A DNA stretch of 64,000 bases from Eubacteriales bacterium (GCA_045545315.1 JAZQAR010000067.1:591-64590), one strand, 5' to 3'. Positions 51,744 to 61,237 are shown, counted from the first letter of the stretch. Made by a program: numbers and translations. The notes: generated by a model not told the origin, from the letters alone.

Positions 51744-52679
51744 TTAGATTTTTTCACACACCCGTAGCTTTGCGGGCTTGGAGCGGTTATTTTCGGCCAG
51801 CTCCTTGGCCGTTGCCGTGATCGGCTTATGGGTCACTTGTTTAACCACAGGGGTTCTGCCGCAAACGCAGATGGGGATATTTTTGTTACAGATACAGCCG
51901 CTGGCCAGATCTGCAAAAACGTTTTTTACAATACGATCTTCCAATGAATGGAAGGTCATTACGGCGATCCTGCCGCCGGGCTTCAGTAAGGAGACCGCAT
52001 CTCTCAAAGCCTGTTCCAGGATCCGCAATTCTCCGTTGACCTCGATACGGATGGCCTGGAAGGTACGCTTGGCGGGATGCTTGTTGCCGTAGCGATCCTT
52101 GGGCGGAAAGACCTTTTCGATCAGTTCCACCAGCTGGCCGGTGGTCTCGATGGGAGCCTCTGTCCGTTTGCGGCAAATGGCGGCCGCAATGCGAGGGCTC
52201 ATCTTCTCTTCGCCGTAGCGATAGAGAATGTCAGTCAGCTGCTGTTGGGAATAGCCGTTGACCACCTGGTAGGCATCCAGGGGATTCTCACGGTCCATCC
52301 GCATATCCAAGGGAGCATCGAACCGATAAGAAAAACCGCGGGATTCTTCATCCAGTTGAAAACTGGAGACCCCCAGGTCAAAGAGGATCCCATCCACGGA
52401 AGAGATCCCCTCCTGCTCGGCTACGGTTTTAATATTAGAAAAATTTGATTTAACGGCCTTAAAGCGTTCGCCAAAGGGTTTTAGCCGTTCCGAGGCGGCC
52501 TTAATGGCATCCCGATCCTGATCGATGCCGATCAAAAGACCCGAATCTAATCTTGCGGCGATCAGGCTGCTGTGCCCGCCCCCGCCCAGGGTGGCATCCA
52601 TATAGATCCCATCGGGGCGGATCTTCAGGGCGTTGATGCACTCTTCTGCCATCACGCTGTAATGTTCAAAAGCCTTCAT
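51744..52679 (-). CDS. rsmH: 16S rRNA (cytosine1402-N4)-methyltransferase RsmH
   Basis: HYSVMAEECINAL...DATLGGGGHS...DLGVSSFQLD...TFHSLEDR motifs. Confidence 0.95.
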   Translation of the reverse strand: MKAFEHYSVMAEECINALKIRPDGIYMDATLGGGGHSSLIAARLDSGLLIGIDQDRDAIKAASERLKPFGERFKAVKSNFSNIKTVAEQEGISSVDGILFDLGVSSFQLDEESRGFSYRFDAPLDMRMDRENPLDAYQVVNGYSQQQLTDILYRYGEEKMSPRIAAAICRKRTEAPIETTGQLVELIEKVFPPKDRYGNKHPAKRTFQAIRIEVNGELRILEQALRDAVSLLKPGGRIAVMTFHSLEDRIVKNVFADLASGCICNKNIPICVCGRTPVVKQVTHKPITATAKELAENNRSKPAKLRVCEKI

Positions 52680-53104
52680 CAGAAATCCATCTCATCCATA
52701 ACGGCAACGATCTGCTTGGTATCCAATTTCTTTTCCATATCGGCAAAGGCATCGGGATTCCAGATCTCAGCACGGTTCCCGTTACCAACGATCACTGCAT
52801 TCCCTTCGATGGCGGCCAGCCGGCGCAATGCCTGAGACAGCTGTACACGTCCTTGCTTATCCACCGCCACGTCGGTCTTATAGGTATTGAAGAAATGGCT
52901 GATATCCCGCCCCTTGGACATAGGCAGGCAAGCCAGCTTGGTTTCAAAGGCGTTCCAGTCTTCCCGGGTAAAGACGTATACGCATTCATCCAGACCGCGG
53001 GTCAAAACCAGATCGCTGCCCATCAGCTCTTTCAGCTTCTTCGGCAGGATCACCCGGCCCTTTTCATCCACAAAATGTTCGGAATAACCGGTCAAATATG
53101 CCAT
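52679..53104 (-). CDS. mraZ: Transcriptional regulator MraZ
   Basis: Two SpoVT/AbrB-like repeats, VDEKGRVILPKK and VDKQGRVQLSQ. It is the first gene of the dcw cluster. Confidence 0.95.
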   Translation of the reverse strand: MAYLTGYSEHFVDEKGRVILPKKLKELMGSDLVLTRGLDECVYVFTREDWNAFETKLACLPMSKGRDISHFFNTYKTDVAVDKQGRVQLSQALRRLAAIEGNAVIVGNGNRAEIWNPDAFADMEKKLDTKQIVAVMDEMDF

Positions 53105-53141
53105 GCGTACACCTCCTTCGAAAAAACAAGATTAAGGGGCG

Positions 53142-53174
53142 TTTTGTCACCACTCAGCACCCACTGAGCACCCA
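53142..53174 (-). promoter_or_regulatory. Three phased direct repeats (TGGGTGCTCAG / TGGGTGCTGAG / TGGTGACAAAA): candidate MraZ operator
   Basis: The minus-strand reading shows an 11-nt periodicity of a (G)TGGG/TGGTG core. It lies between the predicted -10 and the mraZ SD. Confidence 0.55.
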
Positions 53175-53195
53175 AGAACACTCCCCTTGGTTTAA

Positions 53196-53223
53196 ATTAT
53201 ACCAAATAATTACGAAAAATCAA
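53196..53223 (-). promoter_or_regulatory. Sigma-70-type promoter of the dcw cluster (Pmra)
   Basis: On the minus strand: TTGATT (53223-53218), 16 nt, TATAAT (53201-53196). Confidence 0.6.
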
Positions 53224-53258
53224 TAGTATTTTATAAAAAAACATAAGTTTTTTTGCGC

Positions 53259-53296
53259 AAAAAAAGACCCCCCGGAACCACCGTTCCGAGAGGTCT
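53259..53296 (-). terminator. Rho-independent terminator of the EIIC-like gene
   Basis: The stem GACCTCTCGGAAC / GTTCCGGGGGGTC (imperfect) is followed on the minus strand by TTTTTTT. Confidence 0.75.
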
Positions 53297-53319
53297 GTAA
53301 ACCACATTATGTAAACTGA

Positions 53320-54375
53320 TCAGAGCTTCAAATCATTCTCTTTGATCCAGCCGATCTTACGCAAGATCAGGCCGCCTACCCAGGATAAAATTGCCGGCAA
53401 AACAAAGCAGATCAATACCAGGCCGACCCAATCCATTGCCGTTATGGCCGCCTTGGTGCCGGCCGCCACGTCGTTGACCCAGCCGGTATAAACACCGATC
53501 TGTCCCACCAAACCGCAGGTCCCCATCCCGGAGGAAACGGGGGTACCGTTCATCTGCAGTTTAAACAAACAGGTAGCCAGAGGACCGGTGATGGCCGAAG
53601 CCACGATGGGGGGGATCCAGATCCGGGGATTGCGGACGATATTGCCCATTTGGAGCATAGAGGTTCCCAAACCTTGAGAGACCAAACCACCCCAACGGTT
53701 CTCCTTAAAACTCATCACCGCGAAGCCCACCATTTGAGCACAGCAGCCGGCCACCGCCGCACCGCCTGCCAGGCCGGTCAACGAAAGCGCCGCACAGATC
53801 GCTGCGCTGGAAATGGGGAGTGTTAAAGCGATCCCCACCACCACGGAGACTAAGATACCCATCAGGAAGGGCTGCAACTCGGTTGCCCACATAATCAGTC
53901 TTCCCACGGCGCTGGCACCCTTGCCGATGGCAGGAGCCAACCAGGCCGAAAGGGCAACGCCCACCAAAATAGTGACCAAGGGGGTCACCAAAATATCGAC
54001 TTTCGTTTCTTTAGAAACCAATTTGCCACATTCCGCCGCCACGATAGCGATCAACAGTACGGCTAAAGGACCGCCGGCACCGCCCAAGCCATTAGCGGCA
54101 CTTCCCACAGCCGCCAAAGAAAACAAAACCAGGTTCGGTGCCTTCAAGGCATAACCGATGGCAATGGCCATAGCCGGGCCGGACATAGCCGAAGCATAGC
54201 CCCCCACCTCTGCCAAAAAGGGAAGCTTACATTGGGTGCCCAGGGTATTCAGAATCGTCCCGATCAAAAGGGAGCAAAACAGCCCTTGCGCCATAGCGCC
54301 CAGCGCATCAATGAAATACCGCTTCCAGGAAAGCTCGATATCCTTCTTTTTCAAAAACTCCGCAATTTTCTTCAT
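53320..54375 (-). CDS. PTS EIIC-like (EIIC_2-type) polytopic membrane permease, orphan
   Basis: About 10 TM segments, Gly/Ala-rich, resembling the stand-alone EIIC_2 family as I recall it. No EIIA/EIIB/HPr genes are adjacent. Start chosen at ATG 54375 (MKKIAEF); the track ORF starts at 54435. Confidence 0.6.
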   Translation of the reverse strand: MKKIAEFLKKKDIELSWKRYFIDALGAMAQGLFCSLLIGTILNTLGTQCKLPFLAEVGGYASAMSGPAMAIAIGYALKAPNLVLFSLAAVGSAANGLGGAGGPLAVLLIAIVAAECGKLVSKETKVDILVTPLVTILVGVALSAWLAPAIGKGASAVGRLIMWATELQPFLMGILVSVVVGIALTLPISSAAICAALSLTGLAGGAAVAGCCAQMVGFAVMSFKENRWGGLVSQGLGTSMLQMGNIVRNPRIWIPPIVASAITGPLATCLFKLQMNGTPVSSGMGTCGLVGQIGVYTGWVNDVAAGTKAAITAMDWVGLVLICFVLPAILSWVGGLILRKIGWIKENDLKL

Positions 54376-54499
54376 TATAGTAATTAACCTTCTTTCATAC
54401 CTTAAGCGACGTTTTATTGTTGCATATTTTATCACTTTTGATCCCGGATTACAATGGACAACATCAACGAAATATAGGTGTCTTTACACCTGTTTATAT

Positions 54500-54533
54500 A
54501 GCAAAATGCCCGCCTACTGTAGCAGGCGGGCAT
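54500..54533 (-). terminator. Rho-independent terminator after htrA
   Basis: ATGCCCGCCT-N8-AGGCGGGCAT followed on the minus strand by TTTTGC. Confidence 0.75.
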
Positions 54534-54539
54534 CGATAT

Positions 54540-55967
54540 TTAAGAAACAGCCTCTGTTAAGGTGATGGTGATCTCAAATTCCTTTTTCTCGCGCCAGACC
54601 TTAATGGTCACCTGATCGCCGGGACGATAGGAATCCTTGATGGTGGTCAGGTCTGCCATAGAGGTCACCTCTTCACCGGCAAAGCCGATGATCACGTCCC
54701 CCTTCTTCAGGCCCTTTTTGGCGGCGTCACACTTCTCATCCACCTCAACCACGTAAACGCCCTGGGGCAGACCGTGGTAGCTGGCATAGGCCTTGGTCAG
54801 GTCGCTGCCCTGGATCCCGATGTAGGCACGGGTCTTGATATAGCCGTAGTTGATCAGTTCTTCCACCAGGCCGGTCACCTCGTTCAGCGGAATGGCAAAG
54901 CCGATCCCTTCGTAGCCGTCGGCCACCAGCTTGGAGGAGGTGATGCCCACCACCTGGCCGTAGGCATTGACCAGGGGACCGCCGCTGTTACCGGGATTGA
55001 TCAGCGCATTGGTCTGGATCAGGGTCATATAGGTACCGCCGATCTCCAGCTTACGGTTCAAGGCAGAGACAATGCCGTTATGCATCGTAGAGAACAGCTC
55101 CATCCCATAGGGGTTCCCGATGGCGGCAACGGTCTCGCCCACCTCCAGCTCGTCGCTATCCCCCAATTGGGCAGCGCTCAGGCCGGTGGCATCCACCTTC
55201 AGCACCGCCAGATCCGATTGGGCGTCGCTGCCCACGATCTTGGCACTATACTCGGTGATGCCGTCGGAAAGGATCACCTTGACGGTTTTTGCATCCTCGA
55301 TCACGTGGTGGTTGGAGATAATATAACCATCCTTACTGATGATAAAGCCGGAACCGGAAAACTCCGCCTCTTCCCCATTTTCCATACTGATTAAAATAGC
55401 GACCACGCTATCCTTGACCTTTTTATAGATCTCGTTCAAAGAAAGCTCCTCGCCGGTCTTTTTCTCGGTGGTGATATCCGGGGCGTTATAGATCACCGTA
55501 TCATCCCGCTGGCTTTCGGGCACGTCCTGCTCCTGATCGGCAGGCTCATCCTCCCCAAATACCCGGTCACCCCAATCGGGGAGCAGATCCTCTTTTTCCA
55601 CCATACCGGCCTTTTGCAGAGCATTCACCGCCACGGCGGCGCTGATCACCACACAGCAAACCAGCATAATGATCCCGGCAGTAGCCGCCGCAATGATAAA
55701 AGGCTTAGCCTTATCCTTTTTACGCGGAGGCTGGGGCGGGTAATAATAGCCGTAATTCTGATAGGGATTTGGATTTTGGTAGGCATACCCACCCTGCCAT
55801 TGGGGCGGGGTATCGGCGGCGGGAGCCTCTTGGGGTTGTTCCGAGGTCGGCTCCTCCACAGTCGGTTCAACAGCGGGCTCCGCCATCTCCTCTGCAGGAG
55901 CCTCTTCGACCTTCGCAGACTCGGTCGGTTCCTCCGGTTCTATTCCGTTCAAACGATTTTCATCCAT
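54540..55967 (-). CDS. htrA: HtrA/DegP-family serine protease with PDZ domain, membrane anchored
   Basis: A Pro/Tyr-rich N-terminus, a TM, and the catalytic triad context NHHV...DLAVLKV...GNSGGPL. A C-terminal PDZ domain is present. Confidence 0.92.
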   Translation of the reverse strand: MDENRLNGIEPEEPTESAKVEEAPAEEMAEPAVEPTVEEPTSEQPQEAPAADTPPQWQGGYAYQNPNPYQNYGYYYPPQPPRKKDKAKPFIIAAATAGIIMLVCCVVISAAVAVNALQKAGMVEKEDLLPDWGDRVFGEDEPADQEQDVPESQRDDTVIYNAPDITTEKKTGEELSLNEIYKKVKDSVVAILISMENGEEAEFSGSGFIISKDGYIISNHHVIEDAKTVKVILSDGITEYSAKIVGSDAQSDLAVLKVDATGLSAAQLGDSDELEVGETVAAIGNPYGMELFSTMHNGIVSALNRKLEIGGTYMTLIQTNALINPGNSGGPLVNAYGQVVGITSSKLVADGYEGIGFAIPLNEVTGLVEELINYGYIKTRAYIGIQGSDLTKAYASYHGLPQGVYVVEVDEKCDAAKKGLKKGDVIIGFAGEEVTSMADLTTIKDSYRPGDQVTIKVWREKKEFEITITLTEAVS

Positions 55968-55978
55968 TGCTCTTCCTC

Positions 55979-57397
55979 CTAAAACTGATCGTCGGCCTTT
56001 TGCAAAGAGAAGGTGAATTCCGCAAACGCATCCTCCTGCGACGATACAAAGATATCCTGGTTATGGGCATCAATAATGCTTTTAACCATATATAAACCAA
56101 GGCCAATGCCTTTTTTATTCTCTCCACGGCTCTTATCGGTCTTATAAAACCGTTCAAAGATCTTGCCGCATTCTTCCCGGGGAATGCCTTTTCCGGTATT
56201 TCTGACCGAGAAAAACACCTTTTGATCCACGCTGTACAGCGTGGGGGTTATGGTCCCCTGCTCCGGCGTAAATTTGACCGCATTATCCATCAGGTTATAA
56301 ACCACCCGATAGATAGCATCCCGATCTCCCACCGCATAGACCGGTTCCTCCGGTAAGTGAAGATCCACTTGGATCTTTCCCTTACGCAGCCGTTCTTCCA
56401 TCGTCAAAAGCACCTGATGCACGGTTTCGGATAAATCAAAGGGATCCATTTTATAGGTCAGCTCCCCGGATTGGATCCGGGCCACGTCCAAAAGATTATT
56501 GACCAGCCGGCTGAGGCGCTTGACCTCCTCGGAGACCAGCAGCAAGTATTTATCCTGCAGCTCCGGCGGGATCGTCCCATCCAGGATTCCGTCGATAAAA
56601 CCGCTGATGGTGGTCATAGGTGTACGCAGTTCGTGGGAAACGTCCGCAATAAAAGCACGGCGCATAGTCTCGATCTGATCCAGGCCGTCGGCCATTTGAT
56701 TAAAAGAAATCGCCAGCGCCCGCATTTCATCATCCGGTGCCACCGTGATCCGCTTGGAAAAATCGCCCTTGGCATAGGATTTTGCCGCAATGGACATTTC
56801 TGTCAGGGGCTTGGTGATCTGCTTGGAAATAAAGTATACACAAACACAAGCGAATAGGAACACAAAGAGCCCGCACAGCAAAAAGATGCCGGTAATACTC
56901 CTGGCCTCACCGCCCATAAAGCTTTGTGTTTTGGTGACGAAGACGGCGGCGATCACCTTGCCATTCACTTCGTTCACCGCCGGCAAGCCCACCGTATAGG
57001 TGTTCCCCATATGGGAGATGAAAACACCTAATTTACGATAATTTTCGCCGGCCAGAACCTGCTCCACCGCTGCAGTCGGAATCTCGATGGGATGACCGAT
57101 CACGGTGCTTTCGATCACCCGACCGGTATTCCCCACCACAATCAGCTCGCAATCGATGGTATCCTTAATGGTCTGGATGGATGCATCCATTACCGTACCC
57201 ACGAAGAAGCTATAGTTTTCCGGCATTTCGCCCAGCATTGCCGCCACCTTTTTGGCAGCGTTTTCCATATTCTGATCTTGTTCCTGGGCATTCCGCATGC
57301 TGATCACACCGGTGGTGACCGTTCCAAAGATAAAAACGGTCATCAATATGATCAGCGCGCAGGCTGTTGAGATACGAAAAAATAGTCTTCTATGCAC
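55979..57397 (-). CDS. Sensor histidine kinase (two TM, HAMP, HisKA, HATPase_c)
   Basis: H-box FIADVSHELRTPMTTI, N-box VVYNLMDNAVKFT and G-box GIGLGLYMV. A GTG start lies immediately after the regulator stop. Confidence 0.9.
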   Translation of the reverse strand: MHRRLFFRISTACALIILMTVFIFGTVTTGVISMRNAQEQDQNMENAAKKVAAMLGEMPENYSFFVGTVMDASIQTIKDTIDCELIVVGNTGRVIESTVIGHPIEIPTAAVEQVLAGENYRKLGVFISHMGNTYTVGLPAVNEVNGKVIAAVFVTKTQSFMGGEARSITGIFLLCGLFVFLFACVCVYFISKQITKPLTEMSIAAKSYAKGDFSKRITVAPDDEMRALAISFNQMADGLDQIETMRRAFIADVSHELRTPMTTISGFIDGILDGTIPPELQDKYLLLVSEEVKRLSRLVNNLLDVARIQSGELTYKMDPFDLSETVHQVLLTMEERLRKGKIQVDLHLPEEPVYAVGDRDAIYRVVYNLMDNAVKFTPEQGTITPTLYSVDQKVFFSVRNTGKGIPREECGKIFERFYKTDKSRGENKKGIGLGLYMVKSIIDAHNQDIFVSSQEDAFAEFTFSLQKADDQF

Positions 57398-58081
57398 TTA
57401 TTCCATCGTTTCGAATTTATAACCGATCCCCCATACGGTACGAATCGCCCAACGCTCCGAAACGCCCTCCAATTTTTCCCGGATCCGTTTGATATGCACG
57501 TCCACGGTACGGGAATCTCCAAAATATTTAAAGCCCCAGATCTCGTCCAACAACTGATCCCGAGTAAAGACCCGATTGGGGTTCTTGGCCAGATGGTACA
57601 AAAGCTCGATCTCCTTGGGAGGAGCATCCACCTGCTTGCCCTTCACGGTCAGTTTATAGTTCGTCAAGGAAACCGTCAGGTTCTCGTATTCCACCTCCTG
57701 GCGGTTTTCATCCACGGCGTTCCCCGCCCGGCGCAGTACCGTTTTGATCCGAGCCATCACCTCTTTGGAATCAAAGGGCTTGGTTACGTAATCATCGGCA
57801 CCCAGCTCCAGACCCAGCACCTTATCAAAGGTCTCGCCCTTGGCGGAAAGCATGATGATGGGGGTATTGGAGGTTTTGCGGATCTCCCGGCAGACCTGCC
57901 AGCCATCCTTTTTGGGAAGCATAATATCCAACAGCACCAGATCCGGATTAAAGGTGCTGACTTTTTCCACGGCCATTTCACCGTCGGTGGCGGTTTCTAC
58001 CGTATATCCTTCCTTTATTAAATATAAGGAAAGCAGCTCGCAAATATTTTGTTCATCGTCAACCACTAAAATTCTGCTCAT
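57398..58081 (-). CDS. OmpR-family response regulator
   Basis: A receiver domain (ILVVDDE...DLVLLDIMLP...) and a winged-helix C-terminus (...TVDVHIKRIREKL...IRTVWGIGYKF). Confidence 0.94.
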   Translation of the reverse strand: MSRILVVDDEQNICELLSLYLIKEGYTVETATDGEMAVEKVSTFNPDLVLLDIMLPKKDGWQVCREIRKTSNTPIIMLSAKGETFDKVLGLELGADDYVTKPFDSKEVMARIKTVLRRAGNAVDENRQEVEYENLTVSLTNYKLTVKGKQVDAPPKEIELLYHLAKNPNRVFTRDQLLDEIWGFKYFGDSRTVDVHIKRIREKLEGVSERWAIRTVWGIGYKFETME

Positions 58082-58162
58082 AGGGGTTTCCCTCCTCTTT
58101 TAAGTATCTATCTTAAGTATAGCAATCGGGGCAAAAAATGGGTGAAGAAATTGTGAACAAAT

Positions 58163-58798
58163 TCAATCTATTATTTTAAAAGGATAGAATAATTCCTCCA
58201 GCACCTCACCCTGCACGCCACCGGCGGAGGCTTCGGCCAATTCAAAGAAAAAAGACTGCTGATCGGCGCTTTTGATCACCATCAGCACCGACACCTTTTC
58301 CGAAAAGGTGGTATCCTCGATCTCACAGCAAAAATGCTCCGCAATATGCTGGAAGCGGTCATAGAAGGGATAGGGGCAATCCACCAGCACCCTGGCGCCG
58401 GCTTCCATCACCGAAACACCCGCCGCCTTAACGCCGTCGGCCGCACCCTTGGAATAGGCGCGCACCAAACCGCCGGCGCCCAGCAAAACACCACCGAAGT
58501 AGCGGGTGACCACCACCGCTACGTTATAAAGATCCTCCTTTTTCAGCACGTCCAGCATCGGCATTCCCGCCGTACCGCCCGGTTCCCCATCATCGGAAAA
58601 CCGTTCGATCAACGGTGTACGAATGCGATAGGCCACACAGTTATGGGTGGCATCGGGGAACTCCGCCCGGATCTCTGCAATAAAGGCATCGGCCTCCTCC
58701 TGGGTTTCCACCCGGCGAAGGCTGGTGATGAACCGGCTTTTTCGTTCAATAAATTCCGTTCGGCAATCCTGCCCCGGCACCAAATAGTGATCCTTCAT
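58163..58798 (-). CDS. yigZ: YigZ / IMPACT-family protein
   Basis: IERKSRFITSL...HNCVAYRI...DDGEPGGTAGMPML is the UPF0029/IMPACT signature, with a C-terminal DUF1949-like part. Confidence 0.85.
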   Translation of the reverse strand: MKDHYLVPGQDCRTEFIERKSRFITSLRRVETQEEADAFIAEIRAEFPDATHNCVAYRIRTPLIERFSDDGEPGGTAGMPMLDVLKKEDLYNVAVVVTRYFGGVLLGAGGLVRAYSKGAADGVKAAGVSVMEAGARVLVDCPYPFYDRFQHIAEHFCCEIEDTTFSEKVSVLMVIKSADQQSFFFELAEASAGGVQGEVLEELFYPFKIID

Positions 58799-58865
58799 TC
58801 CTTGCTCCCAAATCCTTTTTATTACTTATTATAATATTATAATATAATTTCACACAATGAGCAAG

Positions 58866-58901
58866 AAAAAAATAGCCTCTGCTTTCGCAGAGGCTATTTT
58901 T
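58866..58901 (-). terminator. Rho-independent terminator of the 690-aa SLH protein gene
   Basis: AAAAATAGCCTCTGC-TTTC-GCAGAGGCTATTTTT, 7 nt after the stop at 58908. Confidence 0.85.
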
Positions 58902-58907
58902 GATCCA

Positions 58908-60980
58908 TTATGCGCCGTAGACAGCACGAACGCCGTCGTAACGGTCGATCACCAGGGAAACTTCGCCGGTATAGAGCTTATCGCTATCGGAAACGAAGTC
59001 AGCGGTCTTCAGCAGTTTTCTGCCGCCTTCGATAATGAAGTAATCTTCGGTTTCAATGGCGGTCATCTTCATGGCTGCAGCCACGTTCAGGTAAACCTTA
59101 TCGCCGGTGGTCTTATAGTAAGTAGCAAAGTCGCCCACGTTCAGGCTACCGTTAGCGGAAGAGATGTTATCGATCGCAACCTTTTCCAGCGTGTAGGCCT
59201 TGCCGGTGGCAAGCTCTTCAACGTCGACGTTTGCGGTGGAACCGTCTGCATTAGCAGCTACGCCGGTCACCCGAACGCCAACCTCGGCGGTGGCGGGATT
59301 TTCCTGAACGGCGATGTAGGTGGTGCCGGTATAATCCAGAACGACCAACAACTCAGCGCCGGAATCTACCAGAGTAGCGACATCGTCGTTGCTCTTATCC
59401 ATAAAGAAGTGAGGAATGTACTTGGCTTCGGAGCCGTTCAGTTCCTTGCCATCTTCAGGACCTTCCAGCAGATAGGTGGTGGAAGTAACAACGTTGTTTA
59501 CGGTGGTCTCCACAGTCTCGAGCATTGCTCTCTTCAGAACAACGGTCTGACCGGCAGTTACGTAAACGTAGGAGCCGGCTTCGTAGAAGTTTACGTAGTC
59601 GCCGCTCTTTACGTTAGCCAGGCCGGAGAACTTGATGTTGTTATCCTCGTAAACGTGAACCTTGTTATCATAGAAGCTATAGATTCCATAATAGTTATCG
59701 GTCACGGTCATCACACGGCCGGGGATCCATTCAGTAGCATATACGGTATCAGCGTTATCGGCAGAACCGCTATTGAGAGTTACAAAAGAGAGGTTGGGAC
59801 GGTTGGTGATCTTAGATGCAGGAAGCTTTGCCTTATTTGCGGCAGAAACTTCAGACAGATCAATATAAACCTGCTCGGTGAGCTTGAAAGCATCCTCCAT
59901 AGGCCACAGGTCGCCGTTCAGATAAAGCATGGTGTGGGAATAGATGGACACGCTATCCTGATCCTTGGTACCAAGCATCTGATGGTAGGTATTGAAGGAG
60001 AAGTCAGCCAGAGTCAGTTCGTTCCGGATCGGAGAGGTCATCTCGTAGGTGAGCATATTCTCATCTTCGGTGAAGGTACCGCTCTTATCGGTATCCTGAT
60101 AGATCACACGAACAGGGTAACCGATGAAATCAGTCATATCGGAGCCAACGTCAGTCTGCACACCGTTGGAGAGCAGGATGTCCTTGGTTACGTTTTCGTA
60201 ATTCATAGGCTGCTGCTGGGTGGCACGGATGATCAGGTCGGTATAGTCACAACCGAACACGTTGGTGGCCAGGCAGTTCAGCCGGTTCCCATCGTAGTTG
60301 AAGTAAGTAAACATATCCTGGTCAACGGAGTCAACCTCGGGGTCATACATCAAAGCGTTGGCAACCACAACGGCGGCCTGCTCTTTGTAGATGAACTCGC
60401 TGTCCACAGCCACGTCGGTACCGTCCAGAACGGTGGTGATGGCCTCTGCCATTGCAGCAGCCTCTTCCTCGCCGCCTTCTCCGCCCTGGCCCATCATGAT
60501 CACTTTACCGATCAGGGTGATGAACTCAGCGCCGGTGATAAAATCGGCAGCCTTGAACTGGCTTTCGGGAACGTAGCGAGCGTTGACCAGCTGATAATCT
60601 TCCGCCCAGGCGATGTAGGGCTTCAAAAGATCGGTATCCCCGATATCACCGCCGTTGCCTTCGTCGAAGCCGGTGTTTTTGCTTTCATAGTCCTTCAGCT
60701 CATCGTAGTCACAATGCAGCATCCGATAAGCGATCTGCAAAGCATCACCGCGGGTGAGCTTGTTCAAAGGACCGTAAGTACCGTTGGTCTGGGCAGGAAC
60801 GATCCCCAGCGCATCAACGAACTTGATATACATAGTCTTGGGCTCGCTCATCGTGGTGCCGTACATTTCGCTGACGTCTTCATAAGTAACGTCTTCATAA
60901 ATAGCGAAAGCGGATACACTGAAGCAAGCGAGCATCACAACAGTCATCACTGCTGCCAGAATACTTTTAAGGCCTCTCAT
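58908..60980 (-). CDS. Secreted cell-surface protein with N-terminal SLH-like domains (690 aa)
   Basis: It has a signal peptide (LAAVMTVVMLACFSVSAFA). SLH-like segments are FVDALGIVPAQTNGTYGPLNKLTRGDALQIAYRML and YIAWAEDYQLV...ITGAEFITLIGKVI. The remainder is beta-rich. Confidence 0.75.
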   Translation of the reverse strand: MRGLKSILAAVMTVVMLACFSVSAFAIYEDVTYEDVSEMYGTTMSEPKTMYIKFVDALGIVPAQTNGTYGPLNKLTRGDALQIAYRMLHCDYDELKDYESKNTGFDEGNGGDIGDTDLLKPYIAWAEDYQLVNARYVPESQFKAADFITGAEFITLIGKVIMMGQGGEGGEEEAAAMAEAITTVLDGTDVAVDSEFIYKEQAAVVVANALMYDPEVDSVDQDMFTYFNYDGNRLNCLATNVFGCDYTDLIIRATQQQPMNYENVTKDILLSNGVQTDVGSDMTDFIGYPVRVIYQDTDKSGTFTEDENMLTYEMTSPIRNELTLADFSFNTYHQMLGTKDQDSVSIYSHTMLYLNGDLWPMEDAFKLTEQVYIDLSEVSAANKAKLPASKITNRPNLSFVTLNSGSADNADTVYATEWIPGRVMTVTDNYYGIYSFYDNKVHVYEDNNIKFSGLANVKSGDYVNFYEAGSYVYVTAGQTVVLKRAMLETVETTVNNVVTSTTYLLEGPEDGKELNGSEAKYIPHFFMDKSNDDVATLVDSGAELLVVLDYTGTTYIAVQENPATAEVGVRVTGVAANADGSTANVDVEELATGKAYTLEKVAIDNISSANGSLNVGDFATYYKTTGDKVYLNVAAAMKMTAIETEDYFIIEGGRKLLKTADFVSDSDKLYTGEVSLVIDRYDGVRAVYGA

Positions 60981-61188
60981 TCAGTTACCTCCATCTCAAT
61001 AGGGTACTTCCCTTTTTATTCTGTGTATATTATATATAATAATGCGGGAAGATGCAAGCAATTTATTTAAATGTTGCCGCCCGAATTAAGAATTTGTTGA
61101 ATTTAAATAATTTTTGCTCAAAAATTTTGTTAAAAACGCCGATGATTTTTTTGGCTTTTTTTGCCAAAAATCCGGTTGTACGACCATT

Positions 61189-61222
61189 TAAAAAGCGCAA
61201 GGGAAAAACCCTTGCTCTTTTT
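61189..61222 (-). terminator. Terminator of the beta-helix/SLH protein gene
   Basis: AAAGCGCAAGGG-AAAAA-CCCTTGCTCTTT with T/A runs on both sides, 16 nt after the stop at 61238. Confidence 0.75.
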
Positions 61223-61237
61223 GATAAGGTTGTGTAA

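Noticed and set aside
55979-58081. Two-component system plus HtrA as something unusual
   Set aside because: An OmpR-type regulator, a HAMP-HisKA kinase and a downstream HtrA protease form a standard secretion/envelope-stress (CssRS-like) arrangement. Nothing in it is atypical.
58857-61070. 737-aa ORF on the + strand opposite the 690-aa SLH protein gene
   Set aside because: It is an antisense shadow. The minus-strand gene has a signal peptide, SLH-like segments, an SD and a terminator, while the + frame has none of these.
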